IMG/VR virus record: IMGVR_UViG_3300037488_003551
Coordinates: 96,001-160,000 of that record
From: a virus
Direction: 5' to 3' (one strand)
DNA: 64,000 nt
In this document: positions 20,864-27,607 of the stretch, one piece after another
How the letters are laid out: every line of letters begins with the position of its first letter
How positions within the stretch are numbered: position 1 is the stretch's first letter
The notes under the pieces: model-generated
The model's database searches: none
What the model was told of the DNA's origin: nothing
Seen by the model: only the letters and a program-made list of their open reading frames with translations
Program-made: the position numbers and the translations under genes

Positions 20864-21352
20864 TTGGAAATGTCAAAGATGAGCCCAAGAATGAGCCGCA
20901 TAATGGAGGACCGTATGTTGAAAAAGATATACCTAACGGATAGTTTACAGCTACAAAATATTGTTAAGCCTGCAGACGGGCAAGAGGCGGTCATGTATAT
21001 CGTGAGTTCAATAACGGGTGCTTTTGCCTGTAGCTTGTTAGGTGCGGTGGTATGGGATTCGCATATACATGCTCCTGAAATCGCGACGGTTATTTCTACC
21101 GTTTCGAAACAGAATGTCTCGTCGAGAAAGAAACCCCTTCCTCTTCTCAAAGAAGGTGAAGGATATTTATCCGTTACAGCTAAACCCGAGTCGGACCCGG
21201 AGGCTCCATTGGAAGTGGACTGGCATTTAGTCGTACTGGCCTACGCGGAGATGCCCGACAGCAAGACTGAGGAAGAAGATGAAGAGTCCTTATTGGATTG
21301 TTCGTCGTGTGAGAGCGCGTCTCGGTGTTTTAAGTCGGATATTGAGGCGTAG
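20864..21352 (+). CDS. Hypothetical protein with C-terminal Cys cluster
   Basis: 162 aa; acidic tail followed by CSSC...C. Confidence 0.45.
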   Translation: MEMSKMSPRMSRIMEDRMLKKIYLTDSLQLQNIVKPADGQEAVMYIVSSITGAFACSLLGAVVWDSHIHAPEIATVISTVSKQNVSSRKKPLPLLKEGEGYLSVTAKPESDPEAPLEVDWHLVVLAYAEMPDSKTEEEDEESLLDCSSCESASRCFKSDIEA

Positions 21353-21376
21353 AAAGGTTGGCACAAGTATCTTTAG

Positions 21377-21739
21377 CTAAATTCCAGGAGTCTCTTCTTT
21401 TTTAGGAGAGGCTTCTTTTTTGCCCAGGCCGATATCTCTCAGCATCTGCGTCTTCAGTTCGTCCGTGATATTTCCTCCGAGGAGCGCCATCCCGCGCGTG
21501 TAGATGTCTTGCTTGGCCTGCGTCGAGTTGAAGGCCAGGGCGATGGAGGCCATCGAGAAAATGGTCACGACGAGGACGGCGGCGTGTGCCCATTCGAGCG
21601 TGCGCGTGACGTAGAGGATGTAGATGATGATAGCGAAAAAAAAGATTTCCATGAGCAAGAAAGCGAGGAACTTCTTGCTACGGTGCCAGGCCTTCTCGAG
21701 TACGTCGAGAATAGATTTGGTTTCATGGGGTGACATCAA
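21377..21739 (-). CDS. Holin-like two-transmembrane protein
   Basis: Two hydrophobic helices after the RSKKF motif, charged C-terminus, 120 aa. Confidence 0.5.
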   Translation of the reverse strand: MMSPHETKSILDVLEKAWHRSKKFLAFLLMEIFFFAIIIYILYVTRTLEWAHAAVLVVTIFSMASIALAFNSTQAKQDIYTRGMALLGGNITDELKTQMLRDIGLGKKEASPKKEETPGI

Positions 21740-22356
21740 ACACCTCGTATTGTTTTCTCTTCTTGTGATTTAGGCGCCAGGAGGTCCTTGAGGCTATTCA
21801 CGGGAATGCACTCGGCGCACTTGGGTTCGATGAGCTCGATGCTCTCTTCCTTCTCATTTAGCCGATAGGAGCGCTCCTTGAGGTTCAGGCCGTACTTGAC
21901 CGCGGCCTTTTGGAAGCGGTCGTGCTCGAGCTGGTTGTAGTTCAGCTCTAGCTGCTGGAGCTGCGCGCTCAGACTTGATGCTTCGAGAGCCATGCCCTCG
22001 AGCTGTTGTGTCATGGCCACGAGCTCTTCATCGTCCTGGAAGCGCACGGCTGTCCGGACGCTGAGGTTGTTCGAACAGTGGATGTCCGCCATGATGCAGG
22101 CCTTCGTGCCGGCCGTGAGACGGTCTACCTCCTCCACGTTGCGCCTGTCGAGTTCCTGGCGCAGGGCAAGGTCCAGTTGCTTCGTGAGAGTAACCATGGG
22201 GCAGCTGTGGAGCTGCTGAAGGATGGCGGTCCCCTCCTTGGTAGGAGGGAGCGGGTTGAGCTTGGTTCTGTCGATAGCAGTGCGCTTCTCCGGGGGCACG
22301 CGCTGCGCGTGATGGAGCTGTCCCAATTGCATGCGGCGTTCGAGGTCTGGGTGCAT
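21736..22356 (-). CDS. Hypothetical coiled-coil protein
   Basis: 206 aa; coupled to the holin-like gene; CAEC near the C-terminus. Confidence 0.55.
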   Translation of the reverse strand: MHPDLERRMQLGQLHHAQRVPPEKRTAIDRTKLNPLPPTKEGTAILQQLHSCPMVTLTKQLDLALRQELDRRNVEEVDRLTAGTKACIMADIHCSNNLSVRTAVRFQDDEELVAMTQQLEGMALEASSLSAQLQQLELNYNQLEHDRFQKAAVKYGLNLKERSYRLNEKEESIELIEPKCAECIPVNSLKDLLAPKSQEEKTIRGV

Positions 22357-22369
22357 TTGAAAATCCTTT

Positions 22370-22777
22370 CTAATCTCGGTTTTTTAGAGTTGCCATTCGG
22401 TACATCATGATTCGGTTGGGACAGGAAAAGGCAGACTGCGTGTCGATTACGCAAAAGTTTTTATTGAGAGATATGTTAGAGGGAGATGTATGTGTCGTAG
22501 CTGTCTTAAATCCAAAGCCTTCGTAAAAGACTACTGCGTCTAGTATCCAATCCTCAATAACGACACTTATTATCGTTGGGAGTGGTTCTACGCAGGTAAT
22601 ATCTACTAGTTGCCAATAATGTTGAGATGTCGGCATTCGCATGAGAGAGGCAGCGCGCCCAATTAACGTGCGATCCTCTCGGTGGATTAAAATTCGCCTC
22701 TCAATCCCATCTGCGAGTTCATTTTCCTGTTTTTGAATGAGTCCGGGAATGGGCTCGAAAGGAAAATCATCATCCAT
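22370..22777 (-). CDS. Hypothetical protein
   Basis: 135 aa ORF coupled to the dNMP kinase gene. Confidence 0.5.
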   Translation of the reverse strand: MDDDFPFEPIPGLIQKQENELADGIERRILIHREDRTLIGRAASLMRMPTSQHYWQLVDITCVEPLPTIISVVIEDWILDAVVFYEGFGFKTATTHTSPSNISLNKNFCVIDTQSAFSCPNRIMMYRMATLKNRD

Positions 22778-23429
22778 GATTCGGCTCCGGGATAATGGAG
22801 TTCAAATGCTGCTCCATCCGAGAGAGGATATTGAATACTTGAGCTGCTAATTGGTCCATGCTCCCATCGTTATACAGGGTGTGTTCGATGTGTTCAAGAG
22901 GGATAAGACTTTGAGACGTTTCACTCGAGTGTTGTCTCTGTTTTTCGGACATATCTGCCGATGTCTTGGGATTTTCTTTTGTTATTCTGATTACGTGTCC
23001 TCCGGGGATGGCTGCAATTGCTTCTGCCTCGTTTGGAAAGCGAATATCGCCAATAGCTATACGAGGTGGATGCATTTGAGTGGTGAGAGCCTCCACAAGG
23101 CCGAGGGGGTCGAGGCCGGTTGTTACGTAAGTGTTGAGCCTGTGCATAAAAAGTCGCACCCAGATATCGGGGTCATAGGTTCTTGCAAAATCTGTTCCTA
23201 GGTGCTGCATCATCGCTCTAAAATGAGCATTCTTTTTTTCACTAGGTCCAAACAAAACGTCGAATGGGATATCGAACCACCTATGAAGTGTCAGCTTTAG
23301 GTCGTCTGCGAAATTGAAGTTTACGAATCCGTAGCGATATTCGAGAATTTGAGCAACAGTTGATTTGCCTACGCCCGCGCTACCGACGATACCTACGACA
23401 GTACAGTTATTCAGAGAATACATGTGCAC
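22770..23429 (-). CDS. Deoxynucleoside monophosphate kinase (T4 gp1-like)
   Basis: P-loop GSAGVGKST, FADDLK, R..MQHLGTD..R, DIRFPNE, HSSE, NDGS motifs. Confidence 0.85.
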   Translation of the reverse strand: MHMYSLNNCTVVGIVGSAGVGKSTVAQILEYRYGFVNFNFADDLKLTLHRWFDIPFDVLFGPSEKKNAHFRAMMQHLGTDFARTYDPDIWVRLFMHRLNTYVTTGLDPLGLVEALTTQMHPPRIAIGDIRFPNEAEAIAAIPGGHVIRITKENPKTSADMSEKQRQHSSETSQSLIPLEHIEHTLYNDGSMDQLAAQVFNILSRMEQHLNSIIPEPNHG

Positions 23430-23479
23430 CTGCTTTTGTGATACAGAGAGTCTAGCATATCTCTAGGACCAAAAAAAGA

Positions 23480-23653
23480 GCCCTCGCTCTTCTTCCACCC
23501 TGAGAGTTATTCGGCCAGAGAGCTCGGGTCGAGAAGCCGCACGGCGGCGAGGACCGAGCTATCGGTTGAACACTCTAAACACTATTGAACGTTTTAATAC
23601 TGCTGTAACAGCAGCTTGCGTTTTAAAAACGCTGCGTGGAAGAAGAGGAGGGC
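23480..23653 (-). ncRNA. Candidate retron msr-msd ncRNA
   Basis: 18-bp inverted repeat with a 1-nt bulge (23480-23498 / 23636-23653); on the - strand a G follows a1, then two short hairpins, a ~74-nt imperfect hairpin (23503-23576), a2 and a 7-U tract. Confidence 0.6.
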
Positions 23654-23663
23654 ACAAGGACTT

Positions 23664-24275
23664 TTAACCCCCGTAATCGGTAGTGGAAAGAGCTTCTACT
23701 TCTTTCTCTATTTTTTTCCATTGCCGCATACGGTAGGCGATTTTACTTCGAGTAGTTTTAGATGTGGATACGCAGAAACCTCGTGTCGCGTAAGCGGTGA
23801 GAGACTTTTCCCATGATTTACAAACTGGTAAATAGTGAGCAAGCCATTTTGCACCGCATTCGAGTTGTCCGGGGACGGTTGCTAGGTCGCAGTTTCGAGC
23901 GGCAATTCCGTGTACTTGTGTGAGGCCCACTTCTCCTAGTTTTCCGAGAGCTGTCATCTCGAAGGTGCTCTCGTTATAGACGATTGTCGTCAGAAGGAGA
24001 GGTGGAATCCCATGCGTTTGAGAAGCCTCGACAATGGCTTTTGCCATATCGATGCGAACCTCGGAGTCTCGTGACAGGATCTTTCCGGGTTCTGCGCGCA
24101 TGAAATACTTGATTGCAAGGTCCACGGAGCGTACTTCTTCGTCGAAGCTTTTAGGGAGTTGCTCTGCGGGCTCTGCGGCGGTGGCATCCCTGCTCGATAA
24201 AAGCAGCATCACCATTAGCGTCGTTTTAGCCAGGCGCATCGTTCTGTTATGTCCTTTCCGCGCGTGATTGCGCAT
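23664..24275 (-). CDS. Lytic transglycosylase (SLT family), probably signal-peptide-bearing endolysin (likely start ~24239)
   Basis: YNES catalytic Glu, GEVGLTQV motif, AY motif; N-terminal MRLAKTTLMVMLLLSS..ATA resembles a signal peptide. Confidence 0.75.
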   Translation of the reverse strand: MRNHARKGHNRTMRLAKTTLMVMLLLSSRDATAAEPAEQLPKSFDEEVRSVDLAIKYFMRAEPGKILSRDSEVRIDMAKAIVEASQTHGIPPLLLTTIVYNESTFEMTALGKLGEVGLTQVHGIAARNCDLATVPGQLECGAKWLAHYLPVCKSWEKSLTAYATRGFCVSTSKTTRSKIAYRMRQWKKIEKEVEALSTTDYGG

Positions 24276-24328
24276 GTGGTAGTTTAGGATGTTGGTTGTA
24301 TCACAAACAACATCGTTCCGACTTTATT

Positions 24329-25596
24329 TTATACGTTCTACAAAACTGATAGAAGGAGCTTTTTGGATAATCATATAGATTACCGTAGCCCCTTCGTGTT
24401 TGTTTCCTGCTTCCTCGTTTTAAGTTTCGTTTTAGTCGGTTTCCGAATTGAAGACCGAATAACACCAGAGCTCGAAACTCCACAGGCTGTTACCGCTGAA
24501 CTAGCGGCCAAATTTTGCAGATTTAGGGCTGCGTTTATATCTCGGTGTGCTGCATATGCACATGTAGGACAAATAAATATCTTATCTCGTTTAAATTCTT
24601 CATGTATTTCCCCACAGTTGGAACAAGTTTTTGATGAGGGATAGAATCTATTAGCAATTACAATTGTAGTCCCCGTTAAGGCAGCTTTATATGTTAATTG
24701 ACGTCTAAATTCATAGAATCCTAAGGAAGAAATTGCGGGTGCGAAGGACCTATTAGCCAGCATTCCACGTACATTTAAGTCTTCGATACCTAAAATTGCG
24801 TAGGTAGATGTAAGATTTTTAGTTAGCTTGTGCAGACAGTCGGTACGTAGACAAAAGATTCTATAATGCTGGTTTCTTAGTTTGTTCAGAGCCTTTAGTT
24901 TATTATTAGAGCCCTTTTTCTTCCGCGAGAATTGACGATTTAAACGAGCTAGTTTTTTGAGTTCTAGAGATAAGCTAGGAGGTTTGAGTATTATTTCGCC
25001 TGTTGAAATCGTTGCAAGATGCGTAATACCTAAATCTATACCCGCTATTCCGTGGTTATTGTGAGTAGCTCGGTTATAGGACTCAGGTAATTTTACTAGT
25101 ATGCTCACAAACCAAAATTCAGCCTTTCTAGAAATGGTTGCGGAGAGCATCTTTCCGTTAAAGCGTAAGGCTTCGAACATTCGTATTTTCCCTATTTTAG
25201 GTAATTTTATGTAATTATTTTCAACTTTAAAAGTACCGGGTCCAGTATCGGCTCGGAATGAGTCGTGTACGCCCTTGCGTTTAAATCTAGGATACTGACT
25301 TTGCTTCTTAAAAAAGCGGTTAAAAGCTTGTCCTAGATTTAATATTGCATATTGAGGAGCAGCTTTTGTTACGTTCTTCATCCAAGGAAATTGTATTTTT
25401 TTAATTTTGTTTAATTCTCGCAGTAGTCCCAGCGCTGTTGTGCTGAGACCTTTTGCATGATTATTGTTCCATTCCTCCAGTCCCCAATTATAAGCTTTGC
25501 GGGCTACCCCGCAGGCTTGTATCATGTATGTTTTTTGAATGTTATTAGGATTGAGGCGTATCTTATGGGCTAAGATTGGCATGTCAGACCTTATAC
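24329..25596 (-). mobile_element. Non-autonomous tnpB-only element with 3' omega-RNA/right end
   Basis: AT-rich island with no tnpA; 3' sequence GCGGCTAGTTC..AGCCTGTGGAG..AAGCAGGAA..GTTTTGTAGAACG resembles TnpB omega-RNA ends; bracketed by TTATAC at 24329-24334 and 25591-25596. Confidence 0.6.
24380..25582 (-). CDS. tnpB: TnpB RNA-guided endonuclease (IS200/IS605/IS607 superfamily)
   Basis: N-terminal HTH (AHKIRL..ACGVAR.AYNW), RuvC triad GIDLG / IEDL / RDINAA, zinc finger CSNC...CPTC. Confidence 0.9.
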   Translation of the reverse strand: MPILAHKIRLNPNNIQKTYMIQACGVARKAYNWGLEEWNNNHAKGLSTTALGLLRELNKIKKIQFPWMKNVTKAAPQYAILNLGQAFNRFFKKQSQYPRFKRKGVHDSFRADTGPGTFKVENNYIKLPKIGKIRMFEALRFNGKMLSATISRKAEFWFVSILVKLPESYNRATHNNHGIAGIDLGITHLATISTGEIILKPPSLSLELKKLARLNRQFSRKKKGSNNKLKALNKLRNQHYRIFCLRTDCLHKLTKNLTSTYAILGIEDLNVRGMLANRSFAPAISSLGFYEFRRQLTYKAALTGTTIVIANRFYPSSKTCSNCGEIHEEFKRDKIFICPTCAYAAHRDINAALNLQNLAASSAVTACGVSSSGVIRSSIRKPTKTKLKTRKQETNTKGLR

Positions 25597-25604
25597 CATT
25601 TTAT

Positions 25605-25976
25605 TTAGGATTTTCGCAATTCTTCTTTGAACCACTCCCAGCACTTTTTAGTGAGTTCGTCATACGCGGGGGTCCCGCCATTTGTTGGCGGATAAAAATG
25701 TCGAATGCTGCAACTTTCGATATACATCCCTGCTGCAATTTCCTCAGGAGTTAATCCGTGGTCGTTTGCATAGGAGATATAGACTTTATTTATATAGTGC
25801 GTAAAAGTACTTACGCGTTTAAAAAACTCTGCGCGTGCAGCTTCTTCGCGCGCCTGCTCGACTTTTTCTTTATCGAGTTCGACCTTTGTACCTACAGGGA
25901 CTTTTTTAAATCCCCCTTTGCCGTCGTAGACGTTTATGGTGTCTGTCATTTCGTCTTCCCTCGGTGTTTTCCGCAA
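25605..25976 (-). CDS. Hypothetical protein (likely start ~25949)
   Basis: Compact ORF in a coupled - strand operon. Confidence 0.5.
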   Translation of the reverse strand: MRKTPREDEMTDTINVYDGKGGFKKVPVGTKVELDKEKVEQAREEAARAEFFKRVSTFTHYINKVYISYANDHGLTPEEIAAGMYIESCSIRHFYPPTNGGTPAYDELTKKCWEWFKEELRKS

Positions 25977-26203
25977 TGTTTGCGTACTTCATTAGCCATC
26001 ACGATTTCGATTTTGTGGACGGCGTTCTCTCGGAACTCGACCTTAGCTCTGGGCGGATAAACCGGATTTCCCGGCTTGTTTTCCGCGAAAATGGAGCGGT
26101 CGAGACAGTATCCTTGAATCAAGGTCTTTCTTTGTCCGTTTTTGAGTCCTCTTTCGAGTGCCCAATAGTGTTCACAGGTTCCACAGGGTTTTAGATTTTC
26201 CAC
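25946..26203 (-). CDS. Small Cys-containing hypothetical protein
   Basis: 85 aa; CGTCEHY...GYC...HC. Confidence 0.5.
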   Translation of the reverse strand: MENLKPCGTCEHYWALERGLKNGQRKTLIQGYCLDRSIFAENKPGNPVYPPRAKVEFRENAVHKIEIVMANEVRKHCGKHRGKTK

Positions 26204-26204
26204 G

Positions 26205-26678
26205 TTAGGCCCTTTCGACGATGGTTATACCGTATTTTTTCAATAATACGTGTGGTCCCAGCCCTTGAATAGCGAAACCGAGGCGGCGATAGGCTGATTC
26301 GGGTGATTTGTCTTCTCCAACATAGATAGAGAGCATTTTAGGGCCGTAACGCAGGATAACGAAGCCTTCCTCGGGTTCTTCGGGAGAAGATGGGAGAGCG
26401 GCAACTCCGCGAGTAGCCATTTTCTGTTTATCGCGTCCTTCGAGTATGTGAAAAAAGTCTAAAAGTCGTTCTCCCGCGGCTTTTGCAGTTTCTGTTTCTT
26501 TTATGTAGATGGTATATCGTCCTCCGTCTAGTATGATGGAGGGAGGTTGTATTTTAGGGGCTTCGGTATCCACACCTTCATCGTACACGGACTTGAAATT
26601 GGGCTTTTTTTTGATTTCCTCTTTTACAAAAGGATTACGAATCATTTTAGCACCTTTGAGGCGAGTTTGACCGTCCAA
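26205..26678 (-). CDS. Hypothetical protein
   Basis: 157 aa ORF in the operon. Confidence 0.5.
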   Translation of the reverse strand: MDGQTRLKGAKMIRNPFVKEEIKKKPNFKSVYDEGVDTEAPKIQPPSIILDGGRYTIYIKETETAKAAGERLLDFFHILEGRDKQKMATRGVAALPSSPEEPEEGFVILRYGPKMLSIYVGEDKSPESAYRRLGFAIQGLGPHVLLKKYGITIVERA

Positions 26679-27007
26679 TGGTTTGATAGTTGCTGCACTC
26701 TTCCGGGTATTTCAACTTTTGAGAGTTGTTTCGGGACATATATTGTGACTGGAGGTACACAGGCAGCCGGATTAGGAATGAATTTGGATATAAACATGCG
26801 TTCGTAGAGGCGTTGAAGTGCAGCGCGCGTTGCGATGGCGGGGTCCGAGTGCACAGCCTGGGCGGTCGCGGGTAAGAGGCGCCGTATTTCCCATGATTCA
26901 CGTTTTACGTACTTCTCAGGGATATTATCCGAGGCTTCTGCTGCAACGGCTACTGCTATTGTTCTATTCCCGGAGGTCGCTGTGTGTATTCCGATGTAGT
27001 AGCGCAT
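26642..27007 (-). CDS. Hypothetical protein
   Basis: 121 aa ORF at the head of the operon, just downstream of a TGCTAACAT -10-like site. Confidence 0.45.
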   Translation of the reverse strand: MRYYIGIHTATSGNRTIAVAVAAEASDNIPEKYVKRESWEIRRLLPATAQAVHSDPAIATRAALQRLYERMFISKFIPNPAACVPPVTIYVPKQLSKVEIPGRVQQLSNHWTVKLASKVLK

Positions 27008-27029
27008 GCGTTGATGTTAGCACAAAAAG

Positions 27030-27063
27030 AAAAAGCCTGAAAAGGTGTCTTTCCAGGCTTTTT
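27030..27063 (-). terminator. Rho-independent terminator (potentially bidirectional)
   Basis: AAAAAGCCTG-14nt-CAGGCTTTTT hairpin with A/T tracts on both sides, directly after the 27083-27592 gene. Confidence 0.75.
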
Positions 27064-27082
27064 CCGTTACAGGGTCCGCTTA

Positions 27083-27592
27083 TCAGTTGTAGGCGCGTTT
27101 CGGGGGTCGGATGGTTCCTTTTGGACTTTGAACAGCTAGCGCAGCTTTTTGCATGGGTGGTCGTCCTCTCCTCTTCGGAGCTTCGTCGACCTCTACCGCC
27201 TGGGTAGTGGGCTTACGACTGCGCTTTGGCGGCTCTTCTGCCACGTCGAGCTTCGAAAGGGGAGGACGCCCTCGTCTTTTAGGCTCTTCGACCGCTTCAA
27301 CCTGTGCCACGGGCTTACGCCCACGTCTTTTAGGCTCTTCGACCACTTCAACCTGTGCCGCGGGCTGACGTCCACGCTTTTGAGACACTGGAGCTGGCAC
27401 TGGCTTTCCCTTTTGCACCTTCTGCGGTTCTGAAGCAGAGCGTGCAATAGGCATTTGGGCTGCCAAAAGGATTTTGGTCAGCTTGGTTCTCGTACCACAG
27501 GCTTTGCACGTCCCGTACTCGCCCGGGAGGGCCACGACTCGTTCCGTGCATTTCGGGCAAGAGAAGATTTTGGAACCTTTGGGACGGGGCAT
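27083..27592 (-). CDS. Basic DNA-binding protein with zinc ribbon and AT-hook-like repeats
   Basis: CPKC...CKAC; repeats PKRRGRKP, PKRRGRPP (x2), QKRGRQP. Confidence 0.65.
   Translation of the reverse strand: MPRPKGSKIFSCPKCTERVVALPGEYGTCKACGTRTKLTKILLAAQMPIARSASEPQKVQKGKPVPAPVSQKRGRQPAAQVEVVEEPKRRGRKPVAQVEAVEEPKRRGRPPLSKLDVAEEPPKRSRKPTTQAVEVDEAPKRRGRPPMQKAALAVQSPKGTIRPPKRAYN
27274..27364. repeat. 51-nt-period direct repeat encoding the AT-hook units
   Basis: GTCTTTTAGGCTCTTCGACC(G/A)CTTCAACCTGTGCC(A/G)CGGG occurs twice. Confidence 0.8.
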
Positions 27593-27607
27593 CTCAGACT
27601 CCTTAGG

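Noticed and set aside
23480-23653. Structured element as the TnpB omega-RNA or a simple terminator
   Set aside because: It is separated from tnpB by a whole gene, and tnpB has its own right-end-like sequence at ~24334-24510. The nested 174-nt structure is far more elaborate than a terminator.
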